Notes under the pieces: generated by a model
What the model was told of the DNA's origin: nothing
Databases searched by the model: none
Seen by the model: the letters and a program-made list of their open reading frames with translations, nothing else
Shown here: positions 26,481 through 35,347 of the stretch, piece after piece
How the letters are laid out: each line of letters starts with the position of its first letter
Position numbering within the stretch: the stretch's first letter is position 1
Program-made: the position numbers and the translations under genes
Assembly: GCA_050183815.1 (NCBI GenBank)
Contig: JBFXAY010000015.1
Span: 6,437 to 70,436, forward strand
Origin: Gemmatimonadales bacterium
GTDB taxonomy: Bacteria > Gemmatimonadota > Gemmatimonadetes > Gemmatimonadales > GWC2-71-9
Direction: 5' to 3'
Length of the DNA stretch: 64,000 nucleotides

Positions 26481-29348
26481 ATGCTCCTTGCCCTTTTGAT
26501 CCTTCAAACGGCCGCCGCCGAGTCCCGGCCGATCGCTCCGATTCCGGAGCCGGGCGTGGTCGACGGCTGGGCGACCACCCTGGCGGGCCAGGCGTTCGAC
26601 TATCACTCGGCCCGGCCGGCAGTGCGGACCTCGCTCCTGATCCGCTCGCTCGACAGTACCGCCGGCGCACGATGGCGGACCGCTCCGGCGAGGGTCGGGA
26701 CTGCAGGGGCAGGGTTCGCCTTCCTGGCCGCGATGGATGTCGCTGATCCGGGTCAACCTCCGGTCGAATTTCACCTGCTCGTGAATGGCCGCCACCGGCT
26801 CCACATCCCGCAGCCCACCGATACGACCGACTGGTCGCTCCGGGGCGAGGACGGCGTTCGCCTGTCGTTCCACCGGCTCATGGTGGACAAGTTCGGCGAC
26901 GTCCACGGCCGCTTCATCCTCACGGTGCCCGAATCGCTCATCCGGCGCGACCGGCCCGTCGACATCGAAGTCCATGGGATGACGGCGGGCCGGATGAGTT
27001 GGTTCATCCTCTACCTGTCCTCGATGGCGCCGTCGGTGACCGTGGCGGCGGAACAAGCGCTCCTCAACAGCCCGGTCGGGCCGCGACAGTCGTTTCGGCT
27101 CGATGTCTGGAATCCCTGGGCGCCGCTCGACTTCAGGGCTGGGTTCCCGGGGCGTGCCGACACGTTGCTCGGGGCGCCCACCGGCGCCGCCACCTTCCGC
27201 CTGGGCATCGCTCCGGTCACTCGCTCGGCGACGGGCCGGCTCCAGATCACGGCGGCCGGCCGCCTCGCCCGCTTCCCCGCGATTCGCCTCGAGCCCGTCG
27301 TGCCGCGCGAGTTCCACCTGATCAACCACGCCCACCTCGACATCGGCTACACCGCGACCCAGGAGGAAGTGCTCACCCGCACCTGGGCGGGCTACGACTC
27401 GGCGATCGCCATCGCCGGGCGGACCCGTGACTATCCGGATGAGGCCCGGTTTCGTTACGACGTCGAAGGCCTCTGGCCGCTCGATGAGCTGCTGGAGCGT
27501 GATCCGGCTCGCGCCGCCCGGGTGCTGAACGCCGTCCGCCGCGGCGACCTCTCGCTCAATGCGACCTACGCCAACCTGATGATGGGTCTCGCGACCGCTC
27601 GGGAACTGGACGAGATGCTGGCCTTCGGGCGCCGGCTTCGGGCCGAGGGGTTCCCGCTCAGCACCGCGATCTTGAGCGACGTGCCGGGGGCGCCGGCGGC
27701 GGTGATCCCCGCGCTGGCCAAGGACGGGATTCGCTGGTTCTCCACCGGACCCAATTACCAGCCGGCGCTGCCGATGTCTGGCGACCGGATCGGGTACACG
27801 ATCGAAGCGTTGGGCGACAAGCCCTTCTGGTGGGTGAGCCTCGACGGGCGGGACAGTGTTCTGGTGATGATGGCCGGCCGCGGGTATTCGTGGATGCATG
27901 TATTCCCGGCCGGACGGATCCGGATGGAGGATGCCGCCGCCCTCACGGACTACGCGGCCCGCCTCATGGAGACGGGATACCCGTCACCCGTGGTCCAGTT
28001 GCGGATCGCCCACGGGGGTGACAACGGTACCCCGGACGCGCACCTGCCGGACGAGGTGCGGCGCTGGAACGAGGTGTTCGCCTCGCCGCGGCTCGTCATC
28101 AGCACCCTGCCCCGAATGTTCGCCCGGTACGAGGCCGTCACCCCGGATATCGCGCGGCGGCGCGGCGACTTCACGGGCTACTGGGAAGACGGGGCGATGA
28201 GCACGGCCCGGGAAGAGGTGCTGGTCCGCCGCGCTTCCGCCCGGCTCGAAGCGGCCATTGCCCAGGCCGGGCGGGTGGGTGCCGCGCTCGATTCCGCCGC
28301 GGTGCGCCGCGCGTGGAAGGAGATACTTCTCTGGCGCGAGCACACCTGGGGCGCGGATCGGAGCATCAGCGACCCCGATGCGCCGGACGTCGTGGCCCAA
28401 TGGCGGTGGAAGCAGCGCCGGGCGGTGCTGGCGGATTCGCTCACCTGGGCGCTCTGGCGATCGGCCGGCGGCATCGCGACTGGTCCGACGCCGAGCGGCG
28501 GGGCGGCCGTCGGGAACCCGAATGCGGCACCGGCTCCGTCGGGCCTGTCGCCGGTGGCCGCGGCTGGCGATTCCCTGTCGAACGGTGCGGTTACCGTGCG
28601 GATCGACGGTCGTACCGGGGCCATTCGGAGCCTGCGCTGGGAAGGTCGGGAGTTGGCGGACCCGGCCCGGGGCGGTCTGGCCTGGCTCCGCTACCTCGCC
28701 GGGCGCGACACCAGCCGCGCGGTCTCGGCGGTGGTCAGGTCCGTTTCGGTGGAACGCACGAGCCCGGCGAGCGCCGCGATCCGGATCGTCGCCGACGCGC
28801 CGGGGATCCGGTCGGTCGTGCAGACCATTTCGCTCGAGGCGGGCACGCCGCATGTGACCGTCGAAACGACGATCGACAAGCTGCCGGTGCGGGAGAAGGA
28901 GTCGGTCCATCTGGGCTTCGCCTTCGCCGTGCCCGACCCTGTGGTCCGGCTGGATCCCGGCGGCCTCCTGATGCGAGCCGACGCCGATCAGCTCGCGGCT
29001 GCCAACCGCAATCTGCTCTCAGCCGCGAGTCTGGTGGACGTCTCGGGTGCGGGCGTCGGCGTCACCATCGCGACGCCAGACGCCCCGCTCTGGCAGCGGG
29101 GCGGCCTGACCGCGGAAGCGTTCAAGCAGGCGGACAACACCGAAAGGTGGCTCAGCAATACCCTCCCGGGCGGCGTCATGGTCGCCGATCTGATGAACAA
29201 CTACTGGCACACCAACTTCAAGGCCGACCAGGACGGACCAGTGACCTTCCGGTTCGTGATCCGGCCGCACGGCCCGTTCGATCCGGCCGAGGCTTCCGCC
29301 TTTGCAGCGTCGATCCGGCGCCAGACCGCGCTGGCCGAACCCAGGTAG
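26481..29348 (+). CDS. Secreted glycoside hydrolase family 38-like (alpha-mannosidase) protein
   Basis: Signal MLLALLILQTAAA. 'NHAHLDIGY', 'SDVPG', 'GDN', 'YWEDG', 'EHTWG', 'MNNYW.TNF'. Confidence 0.8.
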   Translation: MLLALLILQTAAAESRPIAPIPEPGVVDGWATTLAGQAFDYHSARPAVRTSLLIRSLDSTAGARWRTAPARVGTAGAGFAFLAAMDVADPGQPPVEFHLLVNGRHRLHIPQPTDTTDWSLRGEDGVRLSFHRLMVDKFGDVHGRFILTVPESLIRRDRPVDIEVHGMTAGRMSWFILYLSSMAPSVTVAAEQALLNSPVGPRQSFRLDVWNPWAPLDFRAGFPGRADTLLGAPTGAATFRLGIAPVTRSATGRLQITAAGRLARFPAIRLEPVVPREFHLINHAHLDIGYTATQEEVLTRTWAGYDSAIAIAGRTRDYPDEARFRYDVEGLWPLDELLERDPARAARVLNAVRRGDLSLNATYANLMMGLATARELDEMLAFGRRLRAEGFPLSTAILSDVPGAPAAVIPALAKDGIRWFSTGPNYQPALPMSGDRIGYTIEALGDKPFWWVSLDGRDSVLVMMAGRGYSWMHVFPAGRIRMEDAAALTDYAARLMETGYPSPVVQLRIAHGGDNGTPDAHLPDEVRRWNEVFASPRLVISTLPRMFARYEAVTPDIARRRGDFTGYWEDGAMSTAREEVLVRRASARLEAAIAQAGRVGAALDSAAVRRAWKEILLWREHTWGADRSISDPDAPDVVAQWRWKQRRAVLADSLTWALWRSAGGIATGPTPSGGAAVGNPNAAPAPSGLSPVAAAGDSLSNGAVTVRIDGRTGAIRSLRWEGRELADPARGGLAWLRYLAGRDTSRAVSAVVRSVSVERTSPASAAIRIVADAPGIRSVVQTISLEAGTPHVTVETTIDKLPVREKESVHLGFAFAVPDPVVRLDPGGLLMRADADQLAAANRNLLSAASLVDVSGAGVGVTIATPDAPLWQRGGLTAEAFKQADNTERWLSNTLPGGVMVADLMNNYWHTNFKADQDGPVTFRFVIRPHGPFDPAEASAFAASIRRQTALAEPR

Positions 29349-29456
29349 GCCGCCGCTTCGCTCGGCCTGCGTCTCGAACGCAACGATCGGCCCGACCCTA
29401 CTCCCCTGAAGGACCGCGGCTCGGTAGAATAGAAACATCCTCCCCCCAGGATCGCC

Positions 29457-31244
29457 GTGACCCTCGCTCGGAAATCCCAGCAGCAATACGACGCCATCGT
29501 GGTCGGCTCCGGAGCCGGCGGCGGCATGGCCGCGTTCCAGTTGGCCGTCAACGGCCTCAAGGTCCTGCTACTCGAGGCCGGGCGGAACTACGACCCAGTT
29601 CGAGAGACGCCGATGTTCCAACTTCCCAAGGACGCCCCGCTCCGCGGCGACAGCTACCCGGACAAGCCGTTCGGCTTCTACGACGCCACGGTGGACGGCG
29701 GCTGGCGGGTCCCCGGCGAGCCCTACACGACCGCACCCGGTTCCGACTTCATGTGGTGGCGGGCCCGGATGCTCGGCGGCCGGACCAATCACTGGGGCCG
29801 GATTTCCCCCCGGATGGGCCCCTATGACTTCAAGCCCCGGTCCCGGGACGGCCTCGGCATCGACTGGCCGCTCACCTACGACGAACTCGAGCCCTACTAC
29901 GACAAGACCGAGGCGCTGATCGGGGTGTACGCCCACTCCGAGGGACTCGAGAACACGCCGGTGTCCCGAAACGGCACCCAGCTGCCGCCGCCCAAGCCGC
30001 GCGCCTTCGAACTGCTCACCCAGAAATACTGCCAGCCGCTCGGCATCCCCGTCATCCCGGCGCCAATCGCGGTCCTGACGCAGCGGCAGGACGCCGATCG
30101 CTGGCCCGCCAAGCTGTTCCCCGGTAACCCGCTGGCGCAACGCGTGGTCCGGGAGTCGATGCTGTCCCGCCAGGCCTGCTTCTATGCCACGGAGTGCGGC
30201 CGAGGGTGCTCGATCAAGGCGAACTTCCAGTCGACCACCGTGCTGTTGCCGCCGGCGCTGGCCACCGGGAACCTGACCATCATTCCGAACGCGATGGTCC
30301 GCGAGGTCACCGTCGACAGCCGGGGCAAGGCCACCGGGGTCAGCTACGTCGACAAAGACACCAAGGCGGATGTTCAAGCGCGGGGCCGGATCGTGGTCCT
30401 CGCGGCCAGCGCCTGCGAAACCGCCCGGATCATGCTCAACTCGAAGTCGGCGCTGTTCCCGAACGGCATCGCCAACGGCACCGGGCTCGTCGGCCGCTAC
30501 CTGATGGATACGGTGGGTGCGGGCATCGGCGGGCAGATCCCGATGATGGAGAATCTCCCGCCCCACAACGACGAAGGCACCACCCGGCTCCACCTGTACA
30601 TGCCGTGGTGGCTCTATCAGCAGCAGGCGGCCGGCAAGATGGACTTTGCCCGCGGCTACCACGTGGAGTTCGGCGGCGGCCGCGGGATGCCCGGCCCCGG
30701 CATCTTCTGGGGCCTCGAGAATTACACCGACGGCGCCTACGGCAAGAAGTTCAAGGAGGAGGCCCGGCGCTACTACGGCTCCTTCGTCTGGTTCGACGGC
30801 CGGGGCGAGATGATCCCGAACGACGACTCGTACTGCGAACTCGATCCGGACACCAAGGACCAGTGGGGCATCCCGGTCCTCCGGTTCCACTGGAAGTGGA
30901 GTTCCCACGAACTCAACCAGGCGGCCCACATGGTCAAGACCTTCGCCCAGATCATCGAATCGATGGGCGGCAAGGTCGGCGGCAAGGTGGAGACCGACGG
31001 CAGCAAGGTGATCGCCAAGGGCGGCCAGATCATCCACGAGGTCGGCACCGTCCGAATGGGTGACGACCCGAAGACCTCGGTGCTGAACGCCAACTGTCAG
31101 AGCTGGGAGGTGAACAACCTCTTCGTGACGGACGGGGCACCGTTCGTGTCCAACGCCGACAAGAACCCGACCATCAGCATTCTGGCGCTCGCCTGGCGTA
31201 CCTGTGACCACATTCTGGCCGAGATGAAACGGGGGAACGTCTGA
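29457..31244 (+). CDS. GMC family oxidoreductase (FAD subunit)
   Basis: 'YDAIVVGSGAGGG', 'LGGRTNHWG', C-x3-C-x3-C (CFYATECGRGC region), 'HEVGT.RMG', 'NPT.S'. Confidence 0.92.
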   Translation: MTLARKSQQQYDAIVVGSGAGGGMAAFQLAVNGLKVLLLEAGRNYDPVRETPMFQLPKDAPLRGDSYPDKPFGFYDATVDGGWRVPGEPYTTAPGSDFMWWRARMLGGRTNHWGRISPRMGPYDFKPRSRDGLGIDWPLTYDELEPYYDKTEALIGVYAHSEGLENTPVSRNGTQLPPPKPRAFELLTQKYCQPLGIPVIPAPIAVLTQRQDADRWPAKLFPGNPLAQRVVRESMLSRQACFYATECGRGCSIKANFQSTTVLLPPALATGNLTIIPNAMVREVTVDSRGKATGVSYVDKDTKADVQARGRIVVLAASACETARIMLNSKSALFPNGIANGTGLVGRYLMDTVGAGIGGQIPMMENLPPHNDEGTTRLHLYMPWWLYQQQAAGKMDFARGYHVEFGGGRGMPGPGIFWGLENYTDGAYGKKFKEEARRYYGSFVWFDGRGEMIPNDDSYCELDPDTKDQWGIPVLRFHWKWSSHELNQAAHMVKTFAQIIESMGGKVGGKVETDGSKVIAKGGQIIHEVGTVRMGDDPKTSVLNANCQSWEVNNLFVTDGAPFVSNADKNPTISILALAWRTCDHILAEMKRGNV

Positions 31245-31879
31245 TGGATCGCCGCGACCTGCTCAAGACCCTCGGCGCTTCGGCTGCGCTCCCGATTCTG
31301 GCCCAGACCGGCTGCGCCAAGCCGGAAGAAGCTCCCGTCGTGGTCCAGGGCCCCGAGTGGAAAGGACCCGCGGGCACCCCGTCGGACCCGGATCTCGTCA
31401 AACCGAAGGTCACCTGGGACAAGGTCCTCACGCCGGCCGAACTCGTCACCCTCGGCGCGTTGTGCGACGTGATCATTCCGGCGGACGACAAGAGCCCGGC
31501 CGCGAGTGCGGTCGGCGTGCCGGACTACATCAACGAGTGGGTCAGCGCGCCCTACGACTACCAGAAGAACACCCTGCCCAAGGTCCGCGCCGGCCTGACC
31601 TGGATGGATACCGAATCGGGCAAGCGGTTCAAGAAGCCGTTCGCGGAGCTGGCGGACGAACAGAAGACCGCCATCTGCGACGACATCTGCTATCTCCCGA
31701 AGGCCAAGCCCGCGTTCAAGACTGCGGCTGAGTTCTTCGACCTGATCCGGGACCTGAGTGCCACCGCGTTCTACACGACGCGGGAGGGCATGCAGGACAT
31801 CCAGTACATCGGCAACATGGCGCAGCCGAAGTTCGATGGGCCGCCGCCCGAGGTCCTCAAGCACCTGGGGCTGGCGTGA
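31244..31879 (+). CDS. Gluconate 2-dehydrogenase subunit 3 family protein (Tat-exported)
   Basis: 'MDRRDLLK' twin-Arg, 'IIP.D..SP.A...GVPDYI', 'FYTT.EG..DIQYIGN'. Confidence 0.88.
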   Translation: MDRRDLLKTLGASAALPILAQTGCAKPEEAPVVVQGPEWKGPAGTPSDPDLVKPKVTWDKVLTPAELVTLGALCDVIIPADDKSPAASAVGVPDYINEWVSAPYDYQKNTLPKVRAGLTWMDTESGKRFKKPFAELADEQKTAICDDICYLPKAKPAFKTAAEFFDLIRDLSATAFYTTREGMQDIQYIGNMAQPKFDGPPPEVLKHLGLA

Positions 31880-32442
31880 CGAACCCGTTGATCGCCTCTA
31901 TTGAGGCGGAATACCGCCGCTACCGGGTCATGGCCGAGGCGGCGCTTGATCAGGTCGCCGAGGAACAACTCGGGCTGGCGGGGCCGGCGGGGGGCAATTC
32001 CCTCGCAACCATCTGCTGGCACATGTCGGGCAATCTCGAGTCCCGGTTCACCGATTTCCTCACCACCGACGGCGAGAAGCCCTGGCGGCACCGCGAGGAG
32101 GAGTTCGCGCCGCGGCCGGTGCCCAGGGTGGAGTTGCAGGCAAAGTGGGCCCGCGGCTGGGACGTGTTGTTCGACACGCTGGCCACGCTGACCGACGACG
32201 CTCTCTTCGCCACCGTGACCATCCGGGGCCAGTCCCTGACGGTGCACGAAGCGCTCCATCGGTCCCTGGCCCACGCGTCGTATCACGTCGGCCAGATCGT
32301 CTATCTGGCGCATTCGTATTGCGGCGACCGGTGGCGCTATCTCAGTATCCCACCGGGTGGTTCCGCCGCCTACAACGAGAACCCGACGCTGGAAAAGCCC
32401 CGCGAGTACGCCCGGACCATCACCGGTACGGCGCCGTCCTGA
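31876..32442 (+). CDS. DUF1572/DinB family protein
   Basis: 'NS.A....HMSGNL.SRFTDFLTTDGEKPWR.R..EF', 'H..YHVGQIV'. Confidence 0.85.
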   Translation: MTNPLIASIEAEYRRYRVMAEAALDQVAEEQLGLAGPAGGNSLATICWHMSGNLESRFTDFLTTDGEKPWRHREEEFAPRPVPRVELQAKWARGWDVLFDTLATLTDDALFATVTIRGQSLTVHEALHRSLAHASYHVGQIVYLAHSYCGDRWRYLSIPPGGSAAYNENPTLEKPREYARTITGTAPS

Positions 32443-32453
32443 GGTCACACCCG

Positions 32454-33425
32454 ATGAAAAGACTGCTCCGCGTCGTTGGCGTGGTGCTCCTCGTGCTGGT
32501 GGTCGGCGGTGGGCTGTTTGTCGCGTCCCGCCAGCACCTCACGTTCGACGCGCCCTTCCCGGACGTGGCCGCCTCCACGGACTCGGCGGTCACCGCCCGG
32601 GGGCACTACATCGTTCGCGGATTGGCTCCCTGCGCCTCGTGCCACGGCGATCCGGCCCAGCGGGCAGCCTACGAGGCGGGCGAGGACATCCCGTTGATCG
32701 GCGGCGCGGTGTTCGACATCCCGCCCGGGCGGTTCTACACCAGGAACCTGACCCCCGATCAGGAGACCGGACTTGGCAACGTGTCCGACCAGGCGATCGC
32801 TCGAGCTCTGCGATATGGCGTGGGTCACGACGGACGGGCGCTGCTGCCGTTCATGGAGATGCAGGGTCTTTCCGACGACGATCTCGTGGCGGTGGTCTCC
32901 TATCTCAGGGCGCAGGCCCCGGTGCGGAACGAGGTCCCGCCGCATCGCTACACCCTGATCGGCAAGATCGTCCGCGCCACCGTTCTGGCCAACCCGGTCG
33001 GCCCGGCCTCAACCCCACCGACCCACGCCCCCCGCGGTGCAACCGTCGAGAACGGCCGCTACTTGGCGGAGTCCGTGGCGCTGTGTTGGGCCTGTCACAC
33101 CGAACGGTCCGAGTTCACCGGTGCCCTCACCGGACCCCGGTACGCCGGCGCGAGCAAATTCACCGAGGCAAACGATCCCGGTCATGTGTGGGCACCGGCG
33201 AACATTACGAGCGACAAGGAAACCGGACGCCTGGGGATCTGGACAGAGGATCAGTTCGTGGGGCGGTTCCGGACGGGGCTCGTGATTCCCAAGTCACCGA
33301 TGCCGTGGGGGGCGTACAGCCGCCTGGACGAAGACGACCTGCGAGCGATCTACCGGTATCTCAAGACGGTTCCGGCCGTGACGAACGACCCGGGCCCGCC
33401 GGTGACCGAGGTTGGCCGGCCCTGA
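32454..33425 (+). CDS. Membrane-anchored diheme cytochrome c
   Basis: N-terminal TM, CASCH and CWACH, 'NLTPD.ETGLG' repeated, distal 'PMPW'. Confidence 0.9.
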   Translation: MKRLLRVVGVVLLVLVVGGGLFVASRQHLTFDAPFPDVAASTDSAVTARGHYIVRGLAPCASCHGDPAQRAAYEAGEDIPLIGGAVFDIPPGRFYTRNLTPDQETGLGNVSDQAIARALRYGVGHDGRALLPFMEMQGLSDDDLVAVVSYLRAQAPVRNEVPPHRYTLIGKIVRATVLANPVGPASTPPTHAPRGATVENGRYLAESVALCWACHTERSEFTGALTGPRYAGASKFTEANDPGHVWAPANITSDKETGRLGIWTEDQFVGRFRTGLVIPKSPMPWGAYSRLDEDDLRAIYRYLKTVPAVTNDPGPPVTEVGRP

Positions 33426-33483
33426 CTCCGGGTCAGGCAAGCGGCGTCGCCGCTCGGTCCCCGCGTCCCGCTATATTTGTGCG

Positions 33484-33672
33484 ATGGACCACCAGCAGCC
33501 CACGCGGCCGATCGTCCACCGGGCCTCGAGTCACGCCGAGGCCGCGGCTTGGGACATTGAGCAGCAGGTCGCCATGACGCCGGAGGAGCGCCAGCAGGTG
33601 GCTCGTGTCCTCAAGGCCCGAGCGTACCCCGGGGTCAACAAGGACGTCCGCGAGTGCCACCGCGCCGGGTAG
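33484..33672 (+). CDS. Small hypothetical protein (62 aa), putative antitoxin or partner of the downstream nucleotidyltransferase
   Basis: MDHQQPTRPIVHRASSHAEAAAWDIEQQVAMTPEERQQ. TATATT -10-like box a few nt before ATG and no RBS. Overlaps the next gene. Confidence 0.65.
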   Translation: MDHQQPTRPIVHRASSHAEAAAWDIEQQVAMTPEERQQVARVLKARAYPGVNKDVRECHRAG

Positions 33673-34145
33673 CCCCAGCGCATTTCTCGCCCGACACCCG
33701 GGCATTCATCGAGTTGCTCGGGCGCCACGGCGTCCGGTTCGTGATCGCCGGCGGCGAGGCCGTGATCTTTCACGGACACGCTCGGCTGACCGGGGACGTC
33801 GATTTCTTCTTCGATCGGGATCCCCGCAATACTCGCAGGCTCTTCGCGGCCCTCAGGGAGTTCTGGGGTGGTGAGGCCCCGGGCATAGCCTCCGCAGCCG
33901 ACTTGGAGCAGGCCGGCCTTGTCCTGCAGTATGGCGTTCCGCCGAACCGGATTGATCTCCTCAACGACATCGATGGCGTGTCATTTGGCGAAGCCTGGGC
34001 CGGGCGGGTCGAGGCCGTCACCGCGGGGGACTCGGGCGATGTAGCTCTCCCCTACCTTGGCCGGACAGAGTTGATCCGGAACAAGGAAGCATCGGGGCGG
34101 CCGAGGGATCTGGACGACCTCTCCTATTTGCGAAGGCAGGGCTGA
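33654..34145 (+). CDS. Pol-beta-superfamily nucleotidyltransferase (DUF6036/AbiEii-like)
   Basis: 'FVIAGGEAVIFHGHARLTGDVD', 'RIDLL', 'LI.NK.ASGRPRDL.D'. Confidence 0.8.
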   Translation: MPPRRVAPAHFSPDTRAFIELLGRHGVRFVIAGGEAVIFHGHARLTGDVDFFFDRDPRNTRRLFAALREFWGGEAPGIASAADLEQAGLVLQYGVPPNRIDLLNDIDGVSFGEAWAGRVEAVTAGDSGDVALPYLGRTELIRNKEASGRPRDLDDLSYLRRQG

Positions 34146-34173
34146 TCCTGCCCCGCGTGGCCGGGGAGCGGGA

Positions 34174-34206
34174 GTTGGCCGGTCGCGATCGCATCGACCG
34201 CCCAAC
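34174..34206. terminator. Hairpin between convergent genes
   Basis: GTTGGCCGGTCG...CGACCGCCCAAC, a 12-bp stem with one mismatch. Confidence 0.45.
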
Positions 34207-34214
34207 GCCCCCGC

Positions 34215-34541
34215 CTAAGCGCCACGATCAGCCAACCCAACATGCCGGGCAACGAGTGCCTCGAGTTCGCCGACCGTCCGGACACGCTCCCAATCCTGTA
34301 ATGGCGGATTGATCCGGAATCGCCACCGCAGAGCCGGGATCAGTTCCATGGCGTAATCGTCGCCGTCGATTCGCAGATCTTCAACCAGCAGGGCAGTCCG
34401 CACGATGGAGCCGACAGGGACGTCGGTTACCTCACTCAAGCTGCGAAGGACTTCCTCTCGAACCCCCTCGATTGTTGAAATCGAGCGGTCCGGCTTGACG
34501 CCGAGGGCAGTCCGAAGCCAATACGGGAGCGAGAATCTCAT
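34215..34541 (-). CDS. Acyl-carrier-protein-like small protein (DUF1493-like), no phosphopantetheine Ser
   Basis: 'LVEDLRIDGDDYAMELI..L..RF.I', 'TVGEL'. ACP fold pattern with GDD where ACPs have DSL. Start ATG 34541 is inferred. Confidence 0.6.
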   Translation of the reverse strand: MRFSLPYWLRTALGVKPDRSISTIEGVREEVLRSLSEVTDVPVGSIVRTALLVEDLRIDGDDYAMELIPALRWRFRINPPLQDWERVRTVGELEALVARHVGLADRGA

Positions 34542-34594
34542 CGGCCCACGTTTCCAATCTCCGCCGCGCCCAGGCCTCGTCGCCCTCGTCTTGT

Positions 34595-34620
34595 TAATGT
34601 AGCTACCTGACGCTACATTA
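34595..34620 (+). promoter_or_regulatory. Palindromic operator/promoter of the phd-vapC operon
   Basis: TAATGTAGC-N8-GCTACATTA perfect inverted repeat overlapping TACATT (-10-like), 6 nt before ATG 34626. Confidence 0.7.
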
Positions 34621-34625
34621 TCAAC

Positions 34626-34913
34626 ATGAGAGCAGTTGGCGTCCGAGACCTCAAGAACCGCCTCAGCGAATACCTCCGGGCGGTCAAGGCCGGCGAGCGG
34701 ATTCTCGTGACCGATCGAGGGCAGGTCATCGCCGAGTTGCGGCAGCCGAGCCTGGAGGGAGAACCGGGCGGGCTCCCCCCCGCTCTGGTCCGCCTGGTGC
34801 GGGAGCACGGGGCCATCGGCCTTCCCAACGACCCGGGCGCCTATCCGGAACTCGAACGCCGGACGCCGGACGGTACGGCAACGCGCACGGTGGACGAACT
34901 GCGCGGCGCGTGA
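34626..34913 (+). CDS. Type II TA Phd/YefM family antitoxin
   Basis: 'VGVRDLKNRLSEYLRAVKAGERILVTDRG..IAEL.'. Confidence 0.9.
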   Translation: MRAVGVRDLKNRLSEYLRAVKAGERILVTDRGQVIAELRQPSLEGEPGGLPPALVRLVREHGAIGLPNDPGAYPELERRTPDGTATRTVDELRGA

Positions 34914-35347
34914 TCCTCTACGCCGAAACGAGCGCGGTCCTGGCCTGGTTGCTGGGTGAGTCGACCGGGCAGTCGGTTCGCGCCGGCCTCGCCGGGGCCG
35001 CCGCCGTCTTCACGTCGCAACTGACGTTGGCCGAGTGTGAGCGGGCCCTGGCGCGGCTGGCGGCGTCGAGGCATCTCGACTCGACCGCCTTGGTCGTCCT
35101 GCGCGAAACGCTGGGGCGGGCCGCGGCGCATTGGATCCGACTGGAGATCTCCTCCACAGTACTCGGACGGTGTGGCGAGCCCTTTCCGGTCGAACCGGTT
35201 CGGACCCTCGACGCCATTCATCTCGCCACCGCGCTCGAACTCCGCGCCGCGGAACCGCGCCTCGTGGTCCTGAGCCTCGATGAACGGGTCCGCCGCAACG
35301 CCTCGGCCATGGGACTGGTGATCCAGCCGGCGGCCGGCCCTGCCTAA
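34910..35347 (+). CDS. vapC: Type II TA VapC (PIN domain) toxin
   Basis: 'ILYAETSA', 'S.LT..E', 'RTLDAIHLATA', 'SLD.R'. GTGA overlap with the antitoxin. Confidence 0.88.
   Translation: MILYAETSAVLAWLLGESTGQSVRAGLAGAAAVFTSQLTLAECERALARLAASRHLDSTALVVLRETLGRAAAHWIRLEISSTVLGRCGEPFPVEPVRTLDAIHLATALELRAAEPRLVVLSLDERVRRNASAMGLVIQPAAGPA

Noticed and set aside
26184-29348. Single 1054-aa fusion protein
   Set aside because: Internal signal peptide at 26481 and a better -1 frame continuation for the N-terminal part.
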